Origin: the human T2T-CHM13v2.0 reference genome, Homo sapiens | Assembly (NCBI RefSeq): GCF_009914755.1 | Contig: NC_060933.1 | Length of the DNA stretch: 64,000 nucleotides | Strand: one strand, 5' to 3' | Part shown: in pieces, positions 12,940-26,031 of the stretch | How positions within the stretch are numbered: position 1 is the stretch's first letter | Layout: each line of letters opens with the position of its first letter | Notes under the pieces: generated by a model | What the model was told of the DNA's origin: nothing | What the model saw: the letters and a program-made list of their open reading frames with translations, nothing else | Database searches by the model: none | Program-made: the position numbers and the translations under genes

Positions 12940-13775
12940 ACTCATTCATCATCTGTCCATCCACCCATTTACCCACCCATCATCCATCCATCTACCCACA
13001 CATCTATCCATCCATCCACCCACCCACCCATCATCCATCCATCTATCTACCCATCCATCCACCCACCCACCCATCATTCATCCATCCATCCATCTACCCA
13101 TTCACCCTTCTACCCTTCCATCCACCCACCCACCCATCATCCATCTGTCTATTCATCCACCAACCCATTATTAATCCATCCATCCACCCACCCATTATCC
13201 ATCTACCCATCCACCCACCCATCATCCATCCATCCATCCATCCACCCATCCACCCACCCATCATCCATCCATCCCTCCATCCACCCCACCCATCATCCAT
13301 CCATCCATCCACCCATCCACCCACCCATCATCCATCCCTCCATCCACCCATCCACCCACCCATCATCCATCCATCCCTCCATCCACCCATCCACCCACCC
13401 ATCATCCATCCATCCATCCACCCATCCACCCACCCATCATCCATCCATCCCTCCATCCACCCATCCACCCCACCCATCATCCATCTATCCATTAACCCAC
13501 CCATCATCCACCCATCCATCCATCCACCCACCCATCATCCATCCATCTACCCATCAACCCACCCATCATCCATCCATCCACCCACCCATCATCCATTCAT
13601 CTGTCCACCACCCACACGTTATCCATCCATCCATCTATCCATCTACCCACCTATCACCCATCCATCCATCCATCCACCCATTCACCCATCCATCCATCCA
13701 TCCATCCATCCATCCATCCATCCATCCATCCATCCACCCATCATCCATCCAATGCATCATCTATCCATCCATCCC
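12940..13775. repeat. ~830-bp degenerate (CCAT/CCAC)n tetranucleotide array
   Basis: Seen directly. It produces the spurious HPSI/IHP ORFs. Confidence 0.97.
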
Positions 13776-14199
13776 TTTGTTAATCTTTAAGCACTTATTG
13801 AGTATCAGGCCCACCAATAGGTATGAGGGATGCAAATTCCTTTGCCCTTAAGGATCTTTTAGTCTGAAGAGTTATCAAAAGGCACTCAAGTTAACACTAT
13901 ATGCTCTGTTTTACACACGAAGTCACTGAAGCCAGGCCATGTCTCCTCTTTTATCAAGGAATTTCTCTCCACCCCAGGCTCTGCTATCAACCTGAATGAC
14001 CTTACTAGCCTATGTTTTTTTGTGTGGTTTCCCTTCCCTACAAGGAAATAACTCTAATGCAAATCAGGACGCAGATAGAGGAAACTTTGGTTTTCTTTTC
14101 TTTTTTTCAATTTCTTACTTTCTTTTTAAACTCATCCAAGTGGGCTCAAAAGTCTTACCAAAATCCTGCTCTACAAGGTGTTAATGAGGTATAGTGTGT

Positions 14200-15190
14200 G
14201 GTATATGGTATGTGAAAGAGCAGTTTTTTTTTTCTTTTTTGTCTGTGGGGTCTTTGTCCACGTTTCACACTGTTTTTAAAGAGTTCTGAAATGAATTAAA
14301 GTTAACTATTTTTGTGGCATAAGTTTTGATACCAGCCCTTTTCTTTAAAGAAAGCATTATGAGATAAAGTCTTGCTTTGTCGCCCAGGCTGGAGTGCAGT
14401 GGCACGATCATGGCTCACTGCTGCAACCTCGATCTCCCAGCCTCAAGCAATCCTCCCACCTCAGCCTCTCGAGTAGTTAGGACCACAGAGCATGCCACCA
14501 CGCCCAGCGAATTTTCAATTTTTTTTTTTTTTTTTAAATAAAGATAGAGTCTCACCATGCTGCCCAGGCTGGTTTCAAACTCCTGGCTCAAGCAATTCTC
14601 CCACCTTGGCCTCCCAAAGTGTTGGGATTACAGGAGTAAGCCACTGCACCTGGTCACTTTTTTTTTTTTTTTAAACAAGAGAAGTGAAGTCTTTCTTGGA
14701 GTCAACGATTGATGTGGCCCTATCAGTCTAAATGCCAACAGAGGACCCAAAACAGACCTTTTGTTTCCAAATATGCAGAACAAGTTACTAAATACATCTT
14801 GTCTTTCCTTCTTTAGGATAGCCCCTTGAAGCAGAAGTTTTCTTGAATTTATCATCATTTATTAATTTTACAAATGCATAAAATTTATTAGTGAAATCTG
14901 TTGACTCATCAGCCCAGGTAGAGAAGCTGGTATTTAACAGTTAATTACACAAAACCTCTTCAGCATTATGTATGCCATCAATACATCATTTTATCACACT
15001 GTTTGAGAGTAGAAACTTTTCAATTTCTCTTACTGCATTTTGCTCACTGTAAATTCACATGCTGGTATTATTAGGTTCTTGCTACTGTCGCTTTTCATTT
15101 CATTGAAATCTTTTCTCTTTCATGTGTTTACACAAGTGCAAAATAATATTCACAGCATCTTCTAAATTTTAACCATGAATTTAAAACTGC
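14200..15190 (-). mobile_element. hAT-Charlie transposase fossil, interrupted by an Alu
   Basis: The minus strand gives AVREIEKFLLSNSV...AEEVLCN...ADESTDFTNK (14910-14884)...QDVFSNL, matching the Charlie/Buster (ZBED5/SCAND3-like) transposase DESTD motif. Contains stops and frameshifts. Confidence 0.75.
14360..14655 (-). mobile_element. Alu (J-type)
   Basis: Alu consensus. Confidence 0.92.
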
Positions 15191-15207
15191 TTTAAAGCTT
15201 TGGAATA

Positions 15208-15497
15208 GCTGGGTGCAGTGGCTCACATCTATAATCTCAGCACTTTGGTAGGCTGAGGTGGGAGGATTGCTTGAGGCCAGGAGTTGCTCGAGACTAGCCT
15301 GGGCAACATAGTGAGACCCTCGTCTTTACCAAAAAAAAAAAAAAAAGGCCAGGCATAGTGGTGCACATCTGTAGTCCAAGCTACTCTGGAGTCTGTTGGA
15401 GGATCATTTGAACCCAGGAGCTCGAGGCTGCAGTGAGCTATGATCATGCTACTGTACTCTAGCCTGAGAAACAGACCGAGACCTCATGTCAAAAAAC
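15208..15497 (+). mobile_element. Alu (J-type)
   Basis: Alu consensus. Confidence 0.92.
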
Positions 15498-15879
15498 ACA
15501 TTTTTAAAAATTGAAAAAGAATACAATGCCTAGAAACAAACAAAAAAACTTGGAACATGCCCATGTGGATCGGAAACTTGCCCTCAACAGTAGAGATGGC
15601 AGTTTCCTGAGAACCAAAGGGCTGGAAAAGTGCAGAAGAGATGAAAGGACTGATGTATCACCATCGGGATTCTGTACTCACTAAAGAATCCCCCCTTTCA
15701 GGAGCTGATACACTTGAGGTCCTTTCATTTGGGGAGTGAGGCTCTGAGCTATCCTCCTTACCTAACACATGATCAGCTATATCAAAGTGAAAATCTCCAC
15801 TAAGTTAAAAAAATGAAGACATAAGAAAAAAATTTCTGAGTACCTGAAGCTTTGTCTCAACAACTGCCCTGTGTAACAA

Positions 15880-16200
15880 GCAGAGCAAAGGGGACTTTTA
15901 GGGCAGTGGAACTCATCTTTCTGATGCTATAATGGCAGATATATGTCATTACAAATTTGCTTTAACCCATATAAAGTGCAACACCAAGAGTGAATGAACT
16001 CTGGTGTACACTATGGACTCTGGGTGATAATGATATGTCAATGAAGGTTCATTGATTGTGACGAATGTACCACTCTGGTAGGAGATATTGATAGTGGAGG
16101 AGGCTATGTAGGTGTGGGAACCTGGGAAATTTTAACACCTTCTGCTCAATTTTACTGTGAACCTAAAACTGCACCAAAAAATATGTCTTAAAAAACAAAC
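15880..16200 (+). mobile_element. L1MC-type 3' end
   Basis: tttagggcagtggaact...caacaccaagagtgaa...tatggactctgggtgataatgat...tactgtgaacctaaaactgc. Confidence 0.75.
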
Positions 16201-16507
16201 TGCACTGTGTAAATTAGGAAGCAAAGGAGGCAAGAAAAAAAAGGGCAGCATTTCTACTATTTAAAAACTGAAATATATTTATACGAGTCACCCCAACTCT
16301 GTATTTGCTTGTCTGCACATCATTTTATCAGTCACATTTTGCTTTGTGGAACTGAAAAAAAAATAGAGCTTGGAGAGATGTGGTTGGCATAGGCCTGAAA
16401 ACAAATCTGTAATAAGCAAAATAAAGTCAGGCAGAACATAATCACGTTCTGATTTCAGGGAGTGAAAAGGGTCAGGGAAGCACAAACTGTGAAAAAGGCT
16501 AAAACTA

Positions 16508-16760
16508 GGAGGCCAGGAGTTCAAGACCAGCGTAGGCAACGTAGTAAGACACTGTATCCACCAGTGTTTTTTTGTTTTTGTTTTTTGTTTTTGCCGGGCT
16601 TGGTAGCATGCACCTGTAGTTATAGCTACTCAGGAAGCTGAAGTGGGAGGATCGCTTGCGCTCAGGAGGTCAAGGTTGCAGTGAGCTGTGATCACATCAC
16701 TGTGCTCCAGTGACGGAGGGAGATCTTATCTCATAAAACAAACGAAACAACAAAAAAATC
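16508..16760 (+). mobile_element. Alu (J-type), partial, with a T-rich linker
   Basis: Alu consensus. Confidence 0.85.
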
Positions 16761-17609
16761 TAGTGTAGAGGAATAAAAGAAACAGTCAAAGTCATTTTCA
16801 CATGTAGATATTGCTCAACTTGTAGAATCACAGAAGGACTGAGGAGAAAACAAAATACATCTGCTTCCCCTTCTGGAAATCAAGTTAATATTTTGAAGAT
16901 TTAGATTGTGTCATCATATGTTGGGGCTGGTGTTTACTCCACATCACCTCCCTTTCATAAGGGAGGAGAACGGTGTCATTTCCTCTTTCCACTGGGTTGT
17001 GTTTTGGGACTTCTTGGTCTCATGGATTTCGCCTTCAATCTGATTCTGTCTGCATAGCATCTTCCAGAAGTTCATTGATGGTTCAAATGGAATCATTTGA
17101 TGGTTCAGTGATGGAATCTATCCTGTTTGCCTTTTTTTTCAATGCAGTTATTCTTATTTATACTTATTTACATTCCCTCCACATTCAATAATATTTTGAG
17201 AAGAAGAAGAGGTACTTCATATATTCACCCACCATCTTGAGATAAAGCCACATTTTATCTGAGTGTGTTCAGGCTCTTAGATAGTAAAGATAGTCTGTAG
17301 TTCACTGGGCATAAATCTGCATTTATGATTATAATGCCTAGCTCCTAAATCTGGAAATTAAATAAAAAACACAAAATTAATGTAGTCTATTGTGCTCATA
17401 TTTAATGCATGTAAAACTGTGTCTGCTTGGCTAGCCACTTAGAAAATTATGGTATGAAATATAGTCTGTTGATTATGAATTCTTTTCATGATTATTTACA
17501 GACATTATTAGAATGGAAGATAAAAGTATAGAAAATGAAAGACATCATTCATGCTGGAATTTTTCTAATAATAAACACATGTAAATGTCATTTGTTTTTT
17601 CTGTCTTTA

Positions 17610-17766
17610 TATTTATTTATTTCAGAGACAGGATCTCGCTCTGTCACCCAGTCTGGAGGGAGCACAATCATAGCTCACTCAGCCTCAAACTCCTGGGCTC
17701 AAGTGATCTTCCTGCCTCAGCCTCTCGAGTAGCTGGGACTACTGGCATTGAGCCACCTTGCCTGGC
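17610..17766 (-). mobile_element. Alu monomer (right arm/FRAM-like)
   Basis: Single Alu arm. Confidence 0.8.
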
Positions 17767-18109
17767 TTATAAATGCCATTTCTGAGGTGGAAATACATTT
17801 CTAAATAAGCGACTATTGTTTTATAAAATAAATGTAAAGACAGTGACAAGCTCTGCAACAAGGAGGCATAACCACTGTAAATATTTAGCACTTTGTCTTT
17901 AAATTTAACCCCCAACCCTTAATATAACATGGGCATTTTCCCATATCATGAAATGACTCTTTGAAATTCTTGACTGAATATGGAAAAGGTATAAAGTGCT
18001 CCATAGTACATGGAACTGAAATTTTAAACTCTAAACTGGTTTACTTTTCAAAGTGTTTTAGTTTTTATTTGATAATATTCTGACAACCAATGAAGTTATA
18101 AAAGATGTG

Positions 18110-18410
18110 CTTATCAGTCATGACAGACTTGGTTGTGCTGTGGTAACAACAACAACAACCCAAATTTCAGTGGCTTAAAACAACCAAGAATTAGTTCTCT
18201 CTCAGGCCACATGTCTATTATAGGTTGGGGAGTGGGGGCTGGAGTCTGCTCATTGTAATCATTCAGAGACCCAAATTGACAAAACTACTGCCATCTTGAA
18301 CATTTCTGGTCACCAGTTAAAGAGAGAGCTCTAGAAGTCTCACACTGGCAATTAGATGCTTCGCCCAGGAAGTGACGTCCACTACTTCTGCTCAAACCCA
18401 CTGGACAAGT
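18110..18410 (-). mobile_element. MLT1-type MaLR LTR fragment
   Basis: ggttgtgctgtggtaacaac...tcagtggcttaaaacaac...gaagtgac..cacttctgctca. Confidence 0.6.
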
Positions 18411-18414
18411 GGAC

Positions 18415-19230
18415 TGCCTCAAAATTAGAAACTTTTGTGGGGCAGCGGACACCATCAAGACAGTGACAAAAATAACTCACAGAATGAAAAAAAAATTGCA
18501 AATCATAAATATAAGGAACTTGTGTCTAGACTATATAAAGAACACTTACAACTCAATAATAAAAGGATAGATAAGCAAATTTAAAAATGGGCAAAGGATA
18601 TAAATAGACATTTCTCCAGAGAACATACATAAATGATCACTCAGCACAACAAAAGGTTGCTTGGCATGACTGGGCATCAGAGAAACACAAATCAAAACAC
18701 AAAACCACTTCACATCCACTAGGATGGCTAAAATAAAAAAAGACAATAATAAATGTTGCCTTGTACATTGCTGGTGGAATGTAAAATGGTGCAGTCACTT
18801 TGGAAAACATTCTGACAATTCCTCCAAAGGTTAAACATAGTTATCACGTGACCCAGCAATTCCATTCCTGTGTATGCACCCAAGAAAATGGAAACTGTGT
18901 ATCCATACAAAAACTTGAGCATAACTTCTTAGCAGGCTGCTAAGCCTTATTCATAATAGCCAAAAAATGGAAACAACCCAAATATCCATCAATTGATGAA
19001 TAGATAAACAAAATGTGATATATTCATAGAATGGAATATTATTTCACATATCATTCCATAAAAAGGAATGACGTACTGAAACATGCTACAACATGGATGA
19101 ACTTTGAAAACATCATCCTAGCCGAGAGAAGTCAGACACAAAAGGCTTCATCATCTATTATTCCATTTCTACAAAATGTGCAGAATAGGAAAATCCATAG
19201 AGACAGAAAGTAGATTTCTAGGGGCTTTGG
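18415..19230 (+). mobile_element. L1M (L1MB-like) ORF2 end / 3' UTR
   Basis: aaaaatgggcaaaggat...gacccagcaattcc...atggatgaactttgaaaacat. Confidence 0.85.
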
Positions 19231-19429
19231 GGATGACCAACTGATGTTTGGGGCTATGTCTGACTGTTCCTTCAGTATCTTAAAATATTTTTCATCTGGG
19301 CTTTAGACTAGAATTAAATCAAGCAATTAGCAGTTCTCTGGTTATCTTCTCTATTTGGGGCTTTTATGCCTTTTCATCATGTTTATTTTTTCTTTCTAAG
19401 TTTAAAGATAATTCTCCTTTCCCTTGAAC

Positions 19430-19670
19430 ACAGTGTAGTGTGGTGGCTAAGAGTGCAGGCTCTGAAATCAGACTAGAACTTGAGTCCTATCCTGATGCTT
19501 ACTAGCTGTGTGACCTTAAGGTCTCTCGTATCATATTTTCTCATCTGTAAAACGGGAATCGTATTAGGACTTACCTTGAGAATTGCGAAAACTAAATGAG
19601 TTAATGCATGCAAGAGTTAATGCATGTAATATGTTTAAAATAGTCTCAATGAATTTTAGTTTCTGTTATT
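19430..19670 (+). mobile_element. MIR with an internal 16-bp duplication
   Basis: gtggctaagagtgcaggctctg...actagctgtgtgacctt...ctcatctgtaaaacggg. Confidence 0.75.
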
Positions 19671-20149
19671 AGCCTGATGAAGATGTCAAATGTAAAATTA
19701 TAATTTTCTAATTGTCAGGTTGTAGGTTTTACTATTTTTAGTTTGTTTTCTTGCTGTAACTATGACTTTAAAATATCAATCCTATTTTCTGTGTTCATTT
19801 TAATCTCCAGGAGCTTTGGTTTACTGAAGGATTTAGTCTTCATTGGCCAATTGAGATTGTCCTGAGAAGGGGCAGTGAAGGGAATTCATATACAGGTTAT
19901 CTGAGATCCTGTTTAAAGACTTGTGCTTTTTAAACCCAAGAAAGGAGGATTAAGTAATGGGGGCAAGGTGGGGTAGAGTGGAAGAGGTGGAAGCACAATA
20001 CATTCCTTAAGCTACTTAAATACTGCCACATTGATGTGGAATTGACTGGTTCTTTGTGGTCCCAGAGCAAAGAGCTGGGACCACTGGATGTAAGTTTTGG
20101 TTTGGTGTAAGGAAGGAATTTTTAATAGTCAGAGCTTTCCAAACCTACC

Positions 20150-20840
20150 TTAGTACAAGCCACCAGCTTCTCTCTCCTGCTTCACTACAATCATCTCCTA
20201 ACTTGTTTGTCACATCCCTAAGGCCCTCTCCAATGCGTTAGCCATATGGCAGCCAAAATGATCTTTTCAAAGCACAGATATGATTGTCATTTCTCTGCTT
20301 ATAACCTTTCAATGACTTCCAGCTACTCTTGGAATAAAGACCAAAATCCGAATTATGATGGGCTTACCGGCTCTGACCCTCCCTAACTCTTCAGCCTCAT
20401 CTCACATGACATGGCCCCTTGCTCACAATGGTCCACCCACCAGGTCTCCATCATTCACTTCCTCCAACTCCCCTCAGGGCCTTAGAACATGCTTTTATCT
20501 CTGTTTATGACATCCTATTTCCATTTTCTCTAATGAGCGTCCACTCTCCCTTTAGATGTTAGCTCAACCATCCCATTCTCAAAGAAGCCTTCCTTGAACT
20601 TCCTGTCTTGGTCTGTTAGATGTTCTCATAGCAGCATGTACCTCTCATGTGTAGCTCTTTCCATCGTTATAATGTAATGATATTTGTATGAATTTTTGAT
20701 TAATGCCTGAAAGTTCCCTGGGTACAGAGATCACGTCTTTTCCTTTTTTTCCCCACCTGCATCCTCAGTAGGGAGCATCGTGCCTGGCACATAAGTGCTC
20801 AATGAATGCCTCTTGGGTGAATACATGAACAAATGACTGA
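20150..20840 (+). mobile_element. L2 3' end
   Basis: cagccaaaatgatcttttcaaa...gtgcctggcacataagtgctcaatgaatg. Confidence 0.7.
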
Positions 20841-21055
20841 GTAGATAGAGCTGTTTAAGTGAGAATTGTACTCCTTCCACCAGAGATGTTTTATCCCGAG
20901 GCTACGAAAACCCAAAGCTTCTTTTAGAATCTGAGTCTATAATTCCAGGGTCCTTGCAATAAAGGTTTACTTAGTTAAGAAAATGGTAGTGAGCTCACCG
21001 GATTGCTGTGGTCAACCTCTGAACCATTGCCACATCGTGTAGTTGAAAAATGCCT

Positions 21056-21074
21056 GAGCGCCACCTAGCGAGCT
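21056..21074 (-). promoter_or_regulatory. Candidate CTCF binding site
   Basis: Minus strand reads CTCGCTAGGTGGCGCTC, close to the core consensus CC(A/G)(C/G)(C/T)AG(A/G)(G/T)GGC(A/G)(C/G). CpGs are retained locally. Confidence 0.65.
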
Positions 21075-21371
21075 GAGGAAATGTTCCTCTTGGCCATTCA
21101 TCATTGTTCGTTCATTCCATCACGTGCGCCACCCAACACTACTCACATAGACTATGATGTCCTTGGGCAACATGGCGTCTCTGTCCCTCAAGGAGGTCAC
21201 AAGTTTTTGGTGAACACAGATACATGAACAAAAGCTTACGGGTACATGTGACAAAGTACACTGGAGGTGTGTTTTCAGGAGGAACACTGTTTAACGTGGT
21301 TATTGGGAAGGATTTTAGTCTCAGAGAGAGGAGCGAGTAGCGAGGAACTGATTAAATAATTAGGACAGAGA

Positions 21372-21673
21372 GGCCGGGGGCGGTGGCTCACACCTGTAAT
21401 CCCAGCACTTTGGGAGGCGGAGGCCGGCAGATCACTTCAGGTCACGAGTTTGAGACCTGCCTAGCTAACATGGTGAAACCCCATCTCTACTAAAAATACA
21501 AAAATTACAGGCATGTGCCTGTAATCTCAGCTACTCAGGAGGCTGAGGTGTGAGAATTGCTTGAACCTGGGAGGCGGAGGTTGTTGCAGTGAGCTGAGAT
21601 TGTGCCATTGCACTCCAGCCTCGGCAACAGAGTGAGACCCTGTCTCAAAACAAAAAACAAAAAAACAAAAACA
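21372..21673 (+). mobile_element. Alu (S-type) with 14-bp TSD AATTAGGACAGAGA
   Basis: TSD at 21358-21371 and 21674-21687. Small deletion at the start of the right arm. Confidence 0.95.
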
Positions 21674-22422
21674 AATTAGGACAGAGAGAGAGAGAGAGAG
21701 AGATGGTGAGCAAGTAATGGAACATCGTACAGTAAAGAGGAAGAGATGGAGGGCTGGCCTCTCTTTGAGCTGGAGAAGGCTGCTGGGAAGAAGGTGAGAT
21801 GGGCCAGATGTAGATGAGATGTTATATGGGAAGAGGACACCCTAAGGGAGACCTTTGTCTTGTTTTCTGGACAGTTTTGAGCTTTTAAACTATGTAAAGA
21901 TAAATACTTTTCCACTGAACATGTCTTGGGAAAATATTGTGTGGGGTGAATTTTCTCAAACTTACCAATTTTCACTATGAAAATGAGACCTGCTGTAACT
22001 GACATCTGAAAGCAGAGATTCTTGACTCTGTCCCTCTGTCATGTAGAAGATCAGCCAAGCCCAGGCCTAGACTTTTTTGGGGATTTGGGTCCAGATGACA
22101 AATAACTGCTCATTCTCTTCCAATGTAGACAGTTCAATCCTCAACTTGTCCACAATTCATCCTTTTCCAAAACCCCAAGCTCCTAGCACTCTGTTTTGGT
22201 AAATTCAGTCCTCAACCCTTTCTAGCTGTGGCCTCAGTTTTGCTGTAGAGGTAGAGGATAGGGCTCAATCTCTCACTCTTTCACTGCCTCTGAGTACTGA
22301 GATACTGGAACACCTATTCTGTGCTGAGAAAAGGGATCAGACACTGGAGCCCCTCAGTTCAGGAGTCTGTCACTGACCCCAACTGGAGCCAACAATCTCT
22401 TCCATATCCAACATGAATTCTT

Positions 22423-22568
22423 GGCCAGGTGCGGCGGCTCACACCTGTAATCCCAGCACTTTGGGAGGCCACGGTGGGAGGATCACTTGAGCCCAGGGGT
22501 TTGAGATTAGCCTGGGAAATACAGTGAGACCCTGTCTCTACAAGAACTAAAAACTAAAAAAAAAAAAA
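22423..22568 (+). mobile_element. Alu left monomer (FLAM-like)
   Basis: Single arm plus A-tail. Confidence 0.85.
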
Positions 22569-22689
22569 CCCCAATGCATGATGTCTTGTCTCAGAAGAGG
22601 AAGAGCTACCATTTCTGTGAGGGGTAAGGGACTGCTGGTCAGATAGGGCAACTGCGTGCCACCGTGGCTGCCAGGAAAAGAATAGTGGT

Positions 22690-22733
22690 GTCTCTCTCTC
22701 TCTCTCTGTGTGTGTGTGTATGTGTGTGTGTGT
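22690..22733. repeat. (CT)n(GT)n microsatellite
   Basis: Seen directly in the sequence. Confidence 0.9.
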
Positions 22734-23419
22734 AGGAGTGACAAAAATGTTGAATCTAGGGTTGAAAAAGAGAGTACAGGTGGTTCTCAGGGCCTTAGGA
22801 TTCCTGCACGTTAAGGAGCAGGACTCCAGAGCCCTGTAGATTGGGGACTGGGAGGCAATTGGTGCTAAAAGTAGGCCCAGGGTGTAGGTGCACAGACTAG
22901 AATCTGCATGGTCACATTGTGAGGAGGTCGTTTGTTCCATTGCTTCCTGAGGAGCTGCCCAGGGTGAAACACATCTGAGGCTCAGGGAAAGCACGGGCTG
23001 TGTGAACTGCGAATGACCTTTGCATTCCTATCCTGCAGAGTTTGTTGCAAGTGCACTGTGGGGCTAATGGGTACTTTCTCCACAGGCCAGTCGCCCAGCA
23101 TTTCATAGTCTTAAAATCATCTGATTAGAGTTGACTATGCCTATTAAAGACTTTTATATGCATGTTTCAGCTCATGGGAACAAAGCTGATAGCAAGGCTG
23201 AGATTAGGAAGTGGGAAGCTGGTTATTCACCCCTTTTGCCCCATAAGTCACCCTATGTGCACATAGGGGCTCCCACCCCTTCCTGCCCTACAACAACAGT
23301 ATGTTTTTTGTTCTACTACCTCACCTACTTAACTTGTTCTGCAAAAATAAAAATAAATTGAGTGACAATCAACCTATACAACATTAAGGGCTAATACAAT
23401 TTTAAAGTTTAAAACAATC

Positions 23420-23725
<306 letters not shown>

Positions 23726-23779
23726 TATATTTAAAAAATCATTAAGAATAAGACAAATATTCCCAGCTTTAAGAAATGG

Positions 23780-24958
23780 GTGCCTAGGTTGGGCTCCCCA
23801 AAAAGCAGACTTAAGAGAAAGATTCGTGGTCAGAAGGTTTATTGTGTAGTGCTTGAAACCACCTTTGCAAGAATTATAACTGAGGAAATTATGACAGTGA
23901 GAGAGATCAGATCTAACCGACTCCATCCTGCTTCTAACCTTTAATCCGTCCTTGTTCATTCCTGTGTGTAGGTCGAACTAGCCTTGGGAAGGAATTCAGT
24001 TTATGGTTTGACTCTGAAACAAAATTGATAATAGCCCTTTCCTGAAAAAGATCCCTGTCTTGCCTGGGGACCAGACTGCCTTTGTAGGACTAACAAATTA
24101 GCTACAAATTAGAAATTAAGGTTTAGGGGTCATGAGGCCTCTGCCTGCAAGAGTCTGAACCTCTCCCAGTTGTTCCTCGGGATAACATCATTATTGTAAA
24201 ACCTAAGATCAGGGCTTGAGATATTTTGCGGACCCTGCACTCAATGATCAGCTGACACCACCCAGACTGGTAATCTGGCTCAGCTAGTTCTGTGATCCCA
24301 CCCAGGAGCAGAAGACACAGCAAGAAAACTTCATTTTGACCCCCATGAGTCCATCTTCAACCTGACCAATCACAGCTCCTTACTTCCTGAGCCCCTACCC
24401 ACCAAATTATCTTTAAAAACCTCGATCCCCAAATGTGAATGCTCAGGGAGACTGATTTGAGTAATAATAAAACACCAGTCTCCTGCACAGCTGACTCTGC
24501 GTGAACTACTCTCTATCCATTGCAATTCCCCTGTCTCGATAAATCAGCTCTGTCTAGGCAGCGGGCAAGGTGAACTCACTGGGCTATAACATGCTCTGGG
24601 GATCAACACCCAGGAGGATGAGGGAAGTGGGATCTGTCAGAGGGAGGTGTTGACTTGTGATGTAGTTGCAACAAAGGCCTCCACGAATTTGGGAGCTGAC
24701 AGGATCCTTCAATGTTGCCCCACCTTGAGGCCAGGGGGCCAAGCCTTTATACTCCCCACCATACAACATTGATCAGCCATTAGGTTCAGGCTGCCCTGGA
24801 GAGAGAGGGGCATGATTTTGGGCTAGGCAGCTCTCTTCTGCTGAATCCAGTTCCCAGAGAGAGTGACTCAGCTGAGATCTTTCAGCCACTGACAGTGAGA
24901 GAATGAATGCATCAGCTGTGAAAGGGGGGTCCGGATAGTGCTTCACAGCATCCAGTAC
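23780..24958 (-). mobile_element. LTR16(C)-type ERVL LTR, split by LTR8A
   Basis: Minus strand begins TGTACTGGATGCTGTG and includes GAGTATAAAGGC (TATA) and AATAAACCTTCTG, matching recalled LTR16C text on both sides of the insert. Confidence 0.7.
23854..24591 (+). mobile_element. LTR8A-type ERV1 solo LTR, full length, 4-bp TSD TGCT
   Basis: Runs TGAAACCACCTTTGCAA...GGGCTATAACA (TG...CA). TGCT at 23850-23853 and 24592-24595. AATAAA at ~24466. Confidence 0.85.
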
Positions 24959-25722
24959 AAAGGCCAAGTGACAAGAAGAGATAAACCAAATAGGAAGAAA
25001 TCATTTTAACAGTGAGAATGTGAAACAAATGTTCAAAATTGTTAGTATTATGTGAAAAATTAAAGAATAGATCGCTCTTAGCCTATCAGACTCAGGATTT
25101 TTTAAAAAAGAGATTGGCCATGGATAGAGAAAATGATAACCTTTATGCTTTTAGATCCTGGGGTGGTAAAATGTGATTAATTTAAGGTTTAAAATACTAG
25201 TAGTCAATGCCATGAGAATAAATTTCATCACTCGGAAAGAGTGTAGGTAAAGAACCAAATAATGTCATTAGCTCAGAGGAAAATTACTATGAGATACATA
25301 GTACAAGGGTATTTGTAGAAAGCTCAATACCATTGTGCCCGGAAGCTTTTCCCCATGGGAATTGGCAGAATTTACTTTACAGCCTGGTTCTAGAGTCCAC
25401 AGGATGGGCAAGGACATTTGGGTGAAAATTCCTAAATACAGAGTAAGGAAATTGGCTGTTTAGACTACTAGGGAGATGCTTGGAAGGCATAATAGTAGTG
25501 ATGTATTTAATTGTGAGGTAAGGTATGCAGTGACCAATTATCTTTGATATCCATCAATGACAAAAGCTGGAGAATATCTCTGACTTTTGGGGTTAAACTA
25601 TAACTTATGCCAGAGAGAGAACTAATATTAAACTACCCAAATCCCAAATCCCATGAAGGAGAACAGTAGAGGATATTGTGCCTATTGGAGAAAGGCTATT
25701 CCATCTATAGCAGAGAACTGTA

Positions 25723-26031
25723 TAGTTGGGCCTCTGTATCCATGGGTTCCACATCCATGGATTCAATCAACCACCCATTGAATAAAAATATCCAGGAAAA
25801 ATAACCATATAACCACAAAAATAATACAAATAAAAAACAATGCAGCACAACAACTATTCACATAGCATTTACATTGTATTAGGTATTAAGTAATCTGGAG
25901 ATGATTTAAAGCATACTGGAGGATTATACACAAATACTACATCATTTTATGTCAGGTGCTTGAGCATTCACAGATTCTGATATCTGTGGGATTCTGGGAA
26001 CCAATCCTGCACCTATATGGAGGGATGACTG
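25723..26031. mobile_element. MER2 (Tigger) MITE inserted in ERVL pol
   Basis: TA-flanked tagttgggcctctgtatccatgggttcc...ggaaccaatcc...gagggatgactg-TA. Confidence 0.8.

Noticed and set aside
12853-13851. 332-aa and 308-aa His/Pro/Ser/Ile-rich ORFs and the MGGWMD ORFs
   Set aside because: Translation artefacts of the stop-free (CCAT)n array.
16960-17150. Coding-like minus-strand text (INELLEDAMQTESD*) with a ~22-bp internal duplication
   Set aside because: Multiple stops and no recognisable homolog; needs TBLASTX before any claim.
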